Translations under genes and position numbers: made by a program
Shown here: positions 13,500-26,394 of the stretch, piece after piece
Layout: each line of letters opens with the position of its first letter
Numbering within the stretch: position 1 is the stretch's first letter
Notes under the pieces: generated by a model
What the model saw: the letters and a program-made list of their open reading frames with translations, nothing else
Told to the model about the DNA's origin: nothing
The model's database searches: none
Assembly: GCA_964106645.2 (NCBI GenBank)
Contig: OZ067054.1
DNA: 64,000 bases
Reading direction: 5' to 3' (one strand)
DNA from: Podarcis pityusensis
Lineage: Eukaryota

Positions 13500-14200
13500 A
13501 TGTGATTTTAAATAATGATAATATAATATACAAAATAAAGTCAATAAAACAATGCGAAAAGTGTTCATCTGAAAGAAAAATAAAAAAATCACTGAAACCA
13601 CAGAAAACACTCACTCCCTGAACACACGATGAATATCTACAGCCACCAAAGGCCCGATCATTCAATGCCCAAGAGAATAAAACTGTATTTTCCCTGATGT
13701 TAGAAAGATGACAAAGTAAGTATCAGTGAGGCTTTTCACAGTCAGGGCTACCACAGTAAAGGCAGGTTCTCCCCTTTCAACATCTGGAAGGGACACACAG
13801 AGAAGGGCCTTGTATGTTGTTCAACATCTGTGTAGGTTCACATGAAGGAAGGTAGTCCATGAGGTTTCAGAATCCTAAACCATGCAGTCTTTTATGGGTC
13901 AAAATCAGCACTTAGAATTCTGCTGGGGGGTGGGACTGGCAGTCTATGCAAGTGGGCTGGAGCTGAAGTTTTCTGTTTAGACCAGGAACCCCCAACCTTC
14001 GGCCCTCCAGATGTTTTGGACTACAATTCCCATCATCCCTGACCACTGGTCCTGTTAGCTAGGAATCATGGGAGTTGTAGGCGAAAACATCTGGAGGGCC
14101 GCAGGTTGGGGGTGCCTGGTTTAGACCATTAAGTCTAGTAAGTAGTCTAGCTGTCACATTCTGCATTCTTGGAATCCTCCCTACTCTCTCAAACGATCTC
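13500..14200 (-). mobile_element. Old L2-like LINE 3' fragment, interrupted by a MITE
   Basis: A-rich tail followed by segments resembling the reverse complement of a squamate L2 3' end (ggtcaaaatcagcacttagaattctgc; agtctagctgtcacattctgca). Confidence 0.45.
13983..14118. mobile_element. Palindromic hAT MITE
   Basis: same core as the 3468 copy; 8-bp TSD GTTTAGAC. Confidence 0.88.
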
Positions 14201-16560
14201 TTTCTCTTCCCAGGAATGTGATACAGCATTCTTATAGGCATAGACAAAACAGAAACCCAGCCAATCCCCATTAAGTCACTAGCCCGTATGAAGCAAACCC
14301 CACAGCCTCCTGTTCAGCAAATGTTAAGGAGGTGCCCTTGTGCCTTCCTGCAAGCAATGTCATCCCAAAGGGAGCTATAGCCCCTCACCCTCAGAAATGA
14401 GTCTGTCATTGTGGTGGTGGGGGGGGGGGGAGGCTTCCTCTGCCAGTGATGTTCTGCTAGCTCTGTCCTTTTGCCTTTCCTATAGCACATAGTTCAGGGC
14501 ACACAGAACATCACAACACACACCTCCTTCAGCCACTATACCTGCTTGAAAGATAAAGCTCTCACCCCTAGAAGGTCAGGTGGTAAGAGAAATCAAAGGA
14601 GCTTCTTCTGGTATGTTGCGTAAATGTGGGTTCAGGTAGTATATATGGTAGGCCATATTTTCTTTCATGGAATAGTTTTTTTCTAGTTATTTGCTTTTAA
14701 TAAGCAGTGGTTGTGATAGTAACCTATATTGTGTGTGTGTGTGTGTGTGAATATAGATATAAAGTTTTATTATCTGTTAGATGTTATTCAAACTTTAAGA
14801 TATGCAGAAATATTATTCATCTTTAAATTGTTGTGTTCTAGCAAGAGTTTGCATTTGGAGGCATTGCCATCTGGGGAAAGATCCTCATGCACAGCAGTGG
14901 GCTTCCTGAATGAAATGGTGCACAAGGCAGATGGTTTGCACTTTCAGCTTTGACATTGCTAATCAACCGTATTTGTGTGTGCTGTGAATTAGGACATCCC
15001 CTTCTCTGACACATGAGCTTCATTGTTAAAACTGACAACACCCACCATCTTTTCAATGGGACTTACAACAACCTGTGTGTTAGAGGTGGCATTTCTCCCC
15101 CCCCCCCCCGCTTTGAATAACACTATTGTCTATGTAGGAGCACTTCCAGATGGGAAGCTTGAACATGCAAGCCTGTTTCAAAGCACAAACTTCCCTTGTC
15201 AGATTGTGCTTGCTTGATAAGACTGTCCTTGTTTAATATTTTGGTCCAAAATGATCAGTCTAGCTTGAGGGAAGGGAAATAAAGTGAACTGTGAACAGAT
15301 ATGAGTCAGTTGTGGATTCCATGAATCAATTAAATGGACTTGTTTTAGATGTAAATTAGAAGGGGGTCAAGAAAGGATGAAATGATTTTATAATAGACCT
15401 TAAATTTAGGATAGATTTGTTGTATGTTCACATAGGGTTAATACTTTTATCTGAGCCACATTCTAGTAATGTATAAATACAGCCTGTGGTCAAGGAAAAC
15501 TGGGAGTCTTTCTTCATGGGCAACCAATTGCTAAGAAAGGTTTCCATAGAGATGGAAGATCACGTGAGAGTTCTGCTATGCTAGCATTAATATTTAAAAT
15601 TAGAAGCAGGTTTGGTAGGGTTAAGCTTTCACAGAGTCAATCATCTATTGAGCATTTTATTTTTTAAAGACTTGCTCTTACATTTGTTGGATCCCCCCCC
15701 CCCAATATTAATATTTTATTAGAGATACTTTTATAGTAAAATCTTGATTCTTGTAGAAACTAAAGTTATTAAAGACACGAGTTATTATTTCAGATGCATC
15801 AGGTGCACTCACAGTCTATCAAAATAAATGAGAAAGACCCTATTATTTTCAATAGAATGTGAATTGCAGCTATTACTTAAGTTAACATTGCAAAGCTGGT
15901 ATATGTATAGGTCTACAATATATATGTAACTGAAAAGCGCATTGTTAGTTTAAGATTATGCTAAGATTGTAACGATTAAACTATATAAGGGCAATATACT
16001 AATTAGAAAATAATGGGCTTGCTTCATTTTTGGCTCTCTATTTTTAACAAAATTGCTTCATCTTGGTGAAAATGAAATCAGAATCTCCTTTTGTTTCTTT
16101 GTCTGATTTTGCTCTATTTCGTGTACTGCAGTGCTGTATTATACTGCTACAGTTTAAATCATATAGCTGTGAATGCTGCACTGCTCTGCTATAGTTAAAA
16201 TGCTCCATTTAGTGGTGGATTAGTAAACCTATTGAAATAAAGGGATTTGACTTCAGTGGGTCCCCTCTGAGGGTGACTTAGTTGGATATCACCCATTGTT
16301 TATAGGCAGATGTTCTGGAAATATTTGAAACTGAATGTGTAATACTGTTTGCATTGAAGGTGTGCAGGTGGCTTTTTATTTTCTGCATCTCTTCCTAACA
16401 GACAAAGAAATGAATTTCCTATCTCCAAGCTGTAGAGAATTGGAACAATAGAGGAGTGATATAGTAGATTATTCCTCTTAGAAACCAGAGAGAATATGGC
16501 TGAAGCTAGGGTGTCTAGAGGTCTGTAATCTGCACAACTCCGTGTCCTTCCCCATAGCTA

Positions 16561-16700
16561 TAGGAGGGGTCACAAATGTGACCCCTGCCAGATGTTACTG
16601 GACCACAGCTTCTGTTGTCCCTGACCATTGGCCATGCTGACTGCAGCTGAGTGGGGCTGGGAGTCCAACAACATCTGGGGGGCACCATGTTTTTTTGCTC
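16561..16700. mobile_element. Degenerate copy of the palindromic hAT MITE family
   Basis: ccagatgtt...ccctgaccattggccatgct...aacatctgg core. Confidence 0.55.
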
Positions 16701-17827
16701 CTGGCCACAGTCGCTGTTTCCTTAGCTCTCTTATGTCTTTTGCTGTGCAAATCTCTGTGTATCTCTTTCCCCTGACTAAAATTTTCAAATTGTACAAAAA
16801 CCCATATTTGTTCTTGAATTAAGTTGAATGGTAAATGTATCCCCTCTTGCATAATTTCTTTTAATAATAATACACTTTAAACATACAATGACAATTCCTC
16901 CATAATATGCCGCCTTTTTTTAACCACCACAAGAATTTTGCAGCCCAGTCATATGCATGTCTGCTCAATAGTATGCCCTGTTGAGTTCAATGGGATTGGG
17001 GTATGTGTAGGATTTCAGCCTAAGCCATACTTGAGAGTAAGACTCATTGCTAATAATAGGGCTTACTGCTGAGTAGACAAGCAGAATGGTTGCACCATAA
17101 GTCTGCCTTCTGATTTATAGCCTTGCTCACAAATCAGTGTTTGATGGTCAGAGAAAGCTTAGATTAACTCTCGTAGTCAGATGTCCTCTGTTAAAGTAAA
17201 CCAAGAGGATCATGTCTACAAAACAGGCATAAAAACAGTAGTAGTGGCACTTCACAGACCTGATAACTGGTTCCTACTCTTGCCTCTCTCCCTGGTGGTC
17301 CTTTCCTCTTCAGATCACTTCAGTTCTCATATATACCAGCTATCACATCTTTCACCCAGCTTCCATTAACCTTCCAACTTCATACCGCACTCATCAACTC
17401 TAGTGCCAACATAACCTAGCTACTTGTGCCCTAGTACACACCCTCATGAATCCCTAGCTCTCACACCAGCCATGTCTTCTATAGTACAATCAATCAAGCT
17501 TTCCCATTTTTGAATCTTCATTTCTCAGACTGAAGACTCCAATGAATATGCTATTCTCTCCAATTACTACAGTCTCAATTCCTGGAAGTTTCATAACTTA
17601 CTGGCTTGGTTAAAATGTACCATTTTTCATTCTTCAAACCATGGATTGAAAATAAGTTCTGTGCTTGTGTGCTCCTTTTCTTTACACTTTTGGCTTCATG
17701 AATAAATTCCTGGTTTGGGTATGTTACAGGCATACCAAAAACTATGGTTTGTGTGTGCCCTACAAGACAAGATTGCAGACTTGTGTTTTTATGTATGTTT
17801 TCCAATCCTGGTTTGGAGGGACAAATG

Positions 17828-17901
17828 ATTCCTGTATTGCAGGTGTTTGGACTTGATGATCCTCAGGGTTCCTTCCAACTCTACAATTCTATGATTCTAT
17901 G
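17828..17901 (+). mobile_element. CR1-type 3' tail fragment
   Basis: ttggacttgatgatcctcagggttccttccaactctacaattctatgattctatg, CR1 terminal (ATTCTATG)n. Confidence 0.75.
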
Positions 17902-19891
17902 GTTCAAACATAGTTTGTGGAATTGACTATAATGGCAAAAATAATGGTTTACCAAAACCCAAGCTATTACTTATTAACCTAAGTGTGTGGAGGTGGAGTG
18001 GTTAGGAAGGTGCACACAAACATATTGCTTGTTCTTTAACTTCAAATAAGGCTTCAGACTATTGAAAATGTTTACATTTGTACCATCCTCCCTCTACCCT
18101 ACCCTGAGATTTGCAGTATATGCCAAACCAAGTTTACACAATTTTCCCCCTCTGTAAATTAGTTTCATTTATTGTGTGGCTGTAGATGCTGATCAGCACT
18201 TTGAGTTTTTAAAACAAGCATTTTTGTGGATTCTTTACAAATAATAATTTGTATAGTAAACCTGCAACATGGGGAGTTACATACTTGGGATCATGCCTAA
18301 AGCCAAAATCATGTTGAAACGCATTGGGTTCAATGGCAGGTGGGACTGCACGTCTTCACCCTCCCCCCCCCCCAAAAATTATGCCCCCTTTTAATTATTA
18401 TTTTTTGGCCATGTGCATAAGTTAAATGCACGTAAGTTGTGGGCTTACTGTACTTTTAAGATATGACTGTGTAAATGATGTGTTGCATACCTTTCACCAT
18501 GCTAGTAGAACAGGAAAAAATGAAATTCTTCTTTGCAGAACTAATGAACTCTTTTTTTTCTTTCTATTTTACATTTGTGATTTTTATGGTGAACTTCATT
18601 GCCAGGGTCATGGGACAGCCCTAGATGTTTTGGTGCCTGAGGCAAAATGCACTGCCACCCCCACAATAGGATAGGAGTGGTGAGGCTCTGCAAGGGCTTC
18701 CCCTCAAGTGAGAGTAAGGGGCGAGGTCTCCCCTCCCCCACTGAGGCTTTGCAAGAAGCCCTTGCTAAATTTCACTGCTGGGCTGGTGGGTGAAGGTGAT
18801 TTTTTGGATTTGATCCTGCCTTTTGGTCTTACATTACTACTGCTACAGTTTCTTAAATTGCCATAAGAGCTTGGTGCTCCTCATATAATTTTGCACTTCC
18901 GATTGCTGGATCTTGTCTTCCTGTTTAACTGCAATACTAAGGAAATGAGGCTAGTTTACGTTTTAAATAACTTCTACTTTAACCACTTGAAATGTGATAC
19001 ATAGTTTTTTTTGGAGACACATCTTTTATACTAGGGGTGTGGAACTGAGTCTGCTTGGTGGGCCAGATCTTTATCTTCTATAACTTTCACACACCACATT
19101 TGTCAAGTGGGCATCACAATGACATCAGGTGATGGGGTGCTTTGAAGTCCTGAAAATGGTCAGTGCACGGGGCTTGCAAAGAGCTCTGCACGGTGCTTCG
19201 AAGTGCCACCAATCAGTTGATTGTTAGTGCTTCAAAGCTCTAAGCAGGACTCTTGGCAAGTCCCTTCGAGGATTGACTGGCTTCAGAGTTCCCCATGGGG
19301 AATTCAGTAGTGCAGCCAATTCTAGGGCGCTTGAAGTGAGTTCCTATCAGCTGATAAACACTTCAAGCTCTGCTTTCTGCATTGGTTGGCTGGCCATGGA
19401 TTTCCCCAAGGCAACTCAAGGCATTTCCCAAGGGGAGTCCCCTTGGTAGTGCAGCCAGTCCTAGCTGATTGGTGGCAAGAGCATTCTTGCCTTGTCAGAG
19501 CATAACTGGGAATGCACTTGAAGGCTCCCAATTGTGTATTAGCAGCCATGTCTCCATCCACACGTCTCCTGAGGTGTTAGGTATGGGGTGAATGGGTATG
19601 GTTTGGGGTAAATGCCTGGTAGGCCAAACTGGGACCCATGCCAGGCCTGCACCCACCCCTCCATTTCCTCTGGTGGGTTGGGAGTACATCCAGAACAGTA
19701 CTGAAGATGACATAGAAGCTTGAAGTGGGAATCTCCTCCTCTTCCATTGGCAGAGGTATCTGCTGGGTTCAAAACCTTTCAGCAAATGAAATTGCACAGT
19801 TAGATCCAACTTAAACTGTAGCTGGTGTATTTCCTTTAATCTGTGATGTGGCTGATTCTCTCCTAACTTTTGGTTTGTTTATTTCTTTAAG

Positions 19892-20110
19892 GTATCCAGA
19901 GAGTGGCATCGTAGAAATGTCCGTCCGTAATCTACGACCACGAGCAAGAACTATTTTGAAGTGGAATGAATTATGTGTGGGTGATTTGGTGATGGTTAAC
20001 TACAATGTAGAGAGTCCGGAAGAGAGGGGATTCTGGTTTGATGCAGAAATAACCTCTCTGAGAGAGATTTCAAGGACTAACAAAGAAGTTTATGCCAAAA
20101 TTTTGCTGGG
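19892..20110 (+). CDS. UHRF2: UHRF2 exon 4 (tandem Tudor)
   Basis: aag|G..GG|gtaagc; YPESGIVEMSVRNLRPRARTILKW...GFWFDAEI...KILLG. Confidence 0.93.
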
Positions 20111-20526
20111 GTAAGCTTTTATTGGTTAATTTTGTCTTCGAGGAACCTTTATAATGGAGATTCATCTTAGACATACTGCAAATTTGTATGTTTCTCATAT
20201 TTCAGCAGTGATCTTTTGTAAATTAAAATTTCCCACATACTTGCAATTATGATGATGAAATACAATATTTTATTTGCAGGTTGCAGTTATATTTGCATAA
20301 CTGTTTTTCAAAATAACACACTATTAATAAAGTGATCTGGAAGGTGCCATTCCAGTCACAGCATTTTATTTTTTCAGATTTACTTAATAATGTTGCTTGG
20401 TGTATATCTTCTTGCTTGCATCTTCTACCATGTGTATAAAAATAGGTTGGTTGGGACTTTGTGTAACCTGCCTCTCAATGAACAACTAATTTCAGAGAAC
20501 TCAACAGAATACACTTCAGTTCTGAA

Positions 20527-20677
20527 CAGTGCTTTTTTTCCTAGAAAAGAGGTGTTGTACTGACCATGAAGTTGTTGCAGTAAGTGCCACACTTTTAACC
20601 ACTGCTTTTTTTTCTAGAAAGAAAAGGTGCCAGTACTGCGTACGCTTGAGTACCCCCAGAATTTAGAATTAGCACTT
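20527..20677. mobile_element. Short degenerate hAT-like MITE
   Basis: cagtgctttttttc start, internal repeat tttttctagaaa..aggtg, ends ...agcact. Confidence 0.45.
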
Positions 20678-22572
20678 AAGTGCTTTTGGTTCATTTCTAG
20701 TTAATTCGGTGTTAAATCAAAGAACTGTGATAATGAATATTTAGTAAATAAGGAAAAAATCAGGAACAATAGGGATAAAATAACTAGAACGTTAGACTGT
20801 TCCTATTATTCAATCATATTTTGCCGAATACCAGCACCCACCTACATAATTTTGGTGTGAAGATAGTCTGTTTTACTTAACAATGTGTTTCCTTTTACTG
20901 TAAAGTTAAATATAACTGAAATTAATTTCATATCTGTCATAATACTGACAGAAATATTCTTTCAAGAGGGACTGATCTTACATTCCCTGTATTTCAACTT
21001 TCTGCCCTTAAATCTTCAACCTTCTGGCCTCTGATGTTTTCCTACTGACCTTGAGAAGGCTCTTTCACAGTAACTATGGCAACTGCCAAATTAATTAGTT
21101 TCTTGTAGTGAGAATTGGTGTAAATATGGATCTCCTGCCAGAGGATTAAAAACTCATAATTCTCTTAACTGTCTTAGATTCAGTATTTTTATTATTTCTG
21201 ACTGCTGTTCAGAATACTTGTTGTCATTTTTATTTGATAGGTTTAATGGTACTTACCACTGTTCCTTGATTCAGTAATTTAATTTTGAGCACATTTGTGT
21301 GTAGAATAAAGTTTATTTCAGATTTTTATTTTTTCAAAAATGGTGAAATGAGGAGGAAATGCAAAGACGTAAGAAATAAAGGGTGGTTGTATTAGACTGT
21401 CTCAAGTCTGTTTTCTGTGCTTCAAGCATAGTTAACCACAAGTAAAATGTCTGCTGGGTTGCGCTTTGAAATTGCCAGCCTTGCTCTACAAGGATACAAA
21501 GAAAGTGCGCAGAAGGAATTTTTCACTCTTGTCCATTTCCCTCTCAAATGTAAGCCATTTTCTTTTTGTTTAGTATGTCTGCCTTCCTGAAGCGTAAAGC
21601 AGGCTTGGCTTCTGAAATGAGCAAGACAAAATTGCAGCCAAGAAAGAGAAACTGCCCCATCGCACAAGAATTTTCTGGATTTTGAAACACGGCAGTGTTC
21701 TGTTCAGTGTGGATGGCTGCCAGCGTAGATGCCCCTCCTCCTTTTCTCCTTGACGATTGAACAGTTCTTTTCCCCTGTAACAAGACTGTTTCCAGAGCCA
21801 AGGCAAATCATTGCTTCTTTGGTTTTTCTTCCCCTCCCATTCTGCTTATTGCAGCAGTGCTCAATAAGCCTGTGGTATGAAACATTTTGGCAGATTTTCC
21901 ATCCTCACAATGGTGGCAGGGGAAACTTAAACAAATGCCAGTAAACTGAAAATCAAGGCGTCTGCCCTATTACCAGAAGGAGGAGTGAGAACAAGCACAA
22001 AAACTGACGACACTGAAAAGCAGTAGTCTTTAAGCACTCTCTTTCCATTTGTGCATTAATAGACAAGCTGAGCATCTTTTTGAACACAACAAGCCCACAA
22101 CGTAGGCACATTTAACTTGTGTGCATTCATCTTGGCAATTAAAAATAAAAAGGGGGGTGGGCATCCAGGGGAAAAGACTTTGGCAGTTTCACCTGTCATT
22201 GAACCCAATGTGTTTTGACTACATGCAATTTCAGCTTTCGGCGCTATCCCCGGAACATAACCCTCAGTATAATAAAGAAGTGCTTAGTCTTCTCAAGTTC
22301 TTCCAATAGTCTTCAGTGAGAGATTTTCTTTTTTTCCTGGTGTTGTCTCCATACAGCCAAAGCTCTAATAAATAGCATTTAATAAATGGTGATTCAAATG
22401 AAAATAGTGCTAAATAGAAGATCATGATAAATGATAGTAAAACTCAGAGTGTATTTATAAAATTTCAACTGACATGGGTGGTTTGAAGTAGCAGTTATCT
22501 GTTTTCAATTGGCCAATGCTATAATTGGAATTGGAGAAACTGAGCTCAAAACTTTTATGCTTTAATTTTCAG

Positions 22573-22682
22573 TGGTCCAGAAGATGTCATAAATGATTGC
22601 AAACTCCTTTTTATAGAGGAAATATACAAGATTGAAAAGCCAGGAGCGTATCCACTGACATTTGCAGATGGAGAGTTCAAAA
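22573..22682 (+). CDS. UHRF2: UHRF2 exon 5
   Basis: cag|T..A|gtaggc; GPEDVINDCKLLFIEEIYKIEKPGAYPLTFADGEFK; phases match neighbours. Confidence 0.9.
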
Positions 22683-23993
22683 GTAGGCATATTCTATTAT
22701 TTATACAATTTTCTGTTCTTTATACAGTATTTTCAGAACTGTCACTTATAAAAGTTGTCAAAGAGCTTTTTCAGATTGTGGAAGTAATAACACTTTGTTT
22801 CCAGAATCGTTATGTGGGTAGATATGCAGACTGTGTCAGTTCATGGAAAGAGATTTATGTTGTGGTTATCTTTGTTGTTGTTGTTTATTAGACAAAAACA
22901 CCTGTCTCAGTTATTGGATGAATGCCCACACCTAGCTAACCTTGAAATCAAATTGAGGCGAAATAGCCTTTATTCAGTTCAGGAGTATAATTCAACCCTG
23001 ACTAATCAGCCAACTTCCTTTACTAACGACTCAACTGTTAGCCAGTTCCCTTTTACTGGAGCCTCTCTATGCGGAATCTACATCCATAGTTAAAAGGGAT
23101 ACAAGTAGCAAATAAAAATTGCCATTTTGCAAGTAGTTCTTGAGCTGAAACTTTGATTCATCTGATTAAGTGCAAGGTTCTTTATTTATAGTATGACCCA
23201 GTAAAAGCAAAAGTAATCAAATATATATTCTAGAGTCCCTTAAAACAATTAAAGACCAAGGCTCGCATTCAGTGTTGGTTCTATTTGGAACAGAGCCATT
23301 GAAATGAATGCACAGGAGTAACTTAAGTTTACTTTCACCTAACTACCAAACCCCCAAGCATCACCATTTCCTATTCTGCTTCAGAGTTCCCCATTTGAGT
23401 TAGCCACAGTCTCCAGAGAATTCATAGAATGTATGGCTGTCATTATTGCACAGTTTTGTCAGTGGAGGATTTCTGTCTTCCCATACATAGATGTCATACG
23501 GGGATATGGTGAGTAGACAATCACAATTAGCCAACCCAAGTTGCATTTATTTTTTGCCTCCACAACACTTTGGGACACTGTTAACATGGTGAAATCTTAC
23601 TTCTTACTAATGTGGTGCCTCAAGTTCCTCTGTACTCTCCACTTTGTAGACAATCATGCCTATATATCTTGTGGCAGAGCTCAAACCCTTATCAGATTGG
23701 TTTTCTGCAGGGCAATCAAACCTGACCACCCAGCTGTCCAGACCTAGAGGCTTCTTGGGCTAATGGTTTCCCCACTTTTACCTGTCTGAGGATGCATCTT
23801 CCATAAGAAGTTCAACATTTCCTGCAGTGTTGCTCTTGTTTAACTTGTTCATAACTCAGTCCCCAACTGCTATCTATAGTCACCACTCACTTGATCATAA
23901 GTATAGCTTGTTGTTTTAATCAGTTTTCTGTGGAATGTACTTTAAGGCCCCTCACTGAAAGGAAAGCTCGTTTTATGCCATTTTTCATTGCAG

Positions 23994-24180
23994 GAAAGAG
24001 TGGTCCAGAATGCAAGCATTGCAGAGCGGATCCTGATAAAGAATGCCGATTTTGCTCTTGTTATTTGTGTGGAGGGAAACAGGATGCCCACATGCAACTT
24101 CTTTGTGATGAGTGCAATATGGCCTACCATATATACTGCCTGAACCCACCTTTAAGCAAGATACCAGAAGATGAAGACTG
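23994..24180 (+). CDS. UHRF2: UHRF2 exon 6 (linker + PHD finger)
   Basis: cag|GA..TG|gtaaat; [10 protein letters not shown]...[29 protein letters not shown]. Confidence 0.94.
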
Positions 24181-24606
24181 GTAAATAATGCAACACTATT
24201 TAATTTTTAAATGTTCAGTATGTGGGATTGTATGAAGAATAGAATTTCAGTTTTATAACAGTGTTGGTTTGTTCCTAACTTGTTCTGTGCTTTACAGCGG
24301 TGAGCTCAGGAACCTCTTGTGAGAGTGACTTGGCCTTGGAATGACAAAATATTGGGGAATATACAATTGTGGTTATTTCTGTACTGATTTTTGAATAATT
24401 TTAGCCTATATCCATACTTCAAATACTCAAAAAGGCAGCAGCATTAGAACAAAGGAGCAGCAACAAAACAAGGGGCAATGATGAAGATGTGGGATTTTTT
24501 TAGTCCACTCATCATTTTAATATGCTGTTTATAATACAAAAAACAAATACCTTTGGTTTATTTTTCAGGCAGGGGTGTTAATTTTAAACCATTCCATTGT
24601 TTTTAG

Positions 24607-24730
24607 GTACTGTCCTTCCTGTAAAAATGATTCTAATGAAGTCGTAAAAGCTGGGGAAAAGCTCAAGCAGAGTAAAAAGAAGGCAAAGATGCCATCTGCC
24701 TACACGGACAGCCAGCGAGATTGGGGCAAG
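24607..24730 (+). CDS. UHRF2: UHRF2 exon 7
   Basis: tag|G..AAG|gtaaag; [41 protein letters not shown]. Confidence 0.93.
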
Positions 24731-24754
24731 GTAAAGCGTATTTAGAAACAGTTG

Positions 24755-25090
24755 CATTTATTTATTTAAAATAATTTATAAATCACGTAATATTTCAGAA
24801 ATCTCTAAAACAGTATACAGTCTAAAAAGCAGTATATCATTAAGAAACAACAACAATACAACCTAAAACCAAGAAGTCAGCAATATAAAAACACATAAAA
24901 GCCAATAAAAGAAAAATTCAGAGAACTTCAACATGCAAAACAGGATCCAGTCTTACGGTTCTGGGAAAATGTGTGCAAAAATGTAAGTCTGCAAAAGACA
25001 TCTGAAGCAACCAATGAATGCTGCTTCACGTATGGCAGAGTGTAAGGCATTCCACAGAACATGGAAAACAACAGAAAATGTCAGTTTTTC
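24755..25090 (-). mobile_element. Old L2-like LINE 3' end
   Basis: TTTA-rich tail and gcattccacaga...aacaacagaaaa segment typical of a reverse-oriented L2 end. Confidence 0.4.
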
Positions 25091-25403
25091 AAGCCACTTC
25101 TTTCTTTAAGTCTGTATTGGGACATAATTCAGTTGACCTGTAAATCATCCTATATGACTTGGAAATGTAATACCTGAAGGATTGTCTATTCTCTTGTGAA
25201 TCTGATTATAAGATCATAACCATGAGACCTTTCAAATATGCCCCTTCCCCCATTTCAAAGTGATAATGCACTGACGTAGGTTTTGTTCACACCAGAATAA
25301 TGTATGCATACCATTGTCCTTTTGGTTTCAAGTGATAGGCTAGGGTTGAACACAGCTAAAATGGGCATCTCATCAGAAAGCTCCACAATCACTTTGCTAA
25401 ATC

Positions 25404-25405
25404 AT

Positions 25406-25436
<31 letters not shown>

Positions 25437-25439
25437 TTT
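25404..25439. repeat. (ATTT)n microsatellite
   Basis: direct reading. Confidence 0.85.
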
Positions 25440-25583
25440 GGTTGGTTGGTTGCTTCCTGTAAGATATATTGAAGTAATTCTATAATAAAAACACTTAAAA
25501 ACAGTTCTGTATGTAAAAGCAGTTTGAATTGCAATACATATACAGACTGGAATACATCACCTTCTTGTCTCTTGTGTTTGCAG

Positions 25584-25691
25584 GGTATGGCTTGTGTTGG
25601 TCGTACTAAGGAATGCACTATTGTTCCTTCTAACCACTATGGACCCATACCTGGAGTTCCTGTTGGAGCAACCTGGAAGTTCAGAGTTCAG
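25584..25691 (+). CDS. UHRF2: UHRF2 exon 8 (SRA start)
   Basis: cag|GGT..CAG|gtatta; [36 protein letters not shown]. Confidence 0.95.
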
Positions 25692-26289
25692 GTATTAAAT
25701 AAATCAGGGATGGGCAGATCAGGCTTGTGCAGTCTATTTTGTTCTTTTAATAAATACCTGAGGACCGCCAACTGGAGACATGGAACAGGCTACTTCTGAA
25801 AAAAGATGTTAAGAATAACACTGTAAGAGGTGGGAAAAGACTTGTCATTACCATTGTTAAATAATTGGGAGTCAAGACTCTTTCTAGAAAGCATCCAAAA
25901 ACCTACCAGTAAGTCTCAGTCTACATTTTGTCTTTTCCTGATGTAGGTTACATGCTCTTACCTTTGTAACCTTAAGCTTTCTTCTTTCCTTGTGTCATCT
26001 GCACTAGTAAGCAAATTATACAACTTCATCCCAATTGCATTTTCAATACTTAAAACAGTTTGTGATGCCATCAGCCATTATCTAAAGAGTCTGCTATAAG
26101 CCAGTGGTGGTTCACACTGTATTGGAGGCAGTTTCCAAATTTCAACCTAAGAATTTTGAGACTGTATTTACAAAAGCGGCTTATCTGTTATGGAAAGCCG
26201 CAGTTCAGAGAAAAAGGTGAATGCAAACTACATTGTTCCATCACTGTAAGAACTTGTTTCAAACTACGTTTACTTGTTTTATCACCAAG

Positions 26290-26394
26290 GTGAGTGAAGC
26301 AGGTGTTCATAGACCTCATGTTGGTGGAATTCATGGACGGAGTAATGATGGAGCTTATTCCCTTGTGCTGGCTGGAGGATTTGAAGATGAAGTA
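26290..26394 (+). CDS. UHRF2: UHRF2 exon 9 (SRA)
   Basis: aag|GTG..GTA|gtaagt; [35 protein letters not shown]. Confidence 0.95.
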
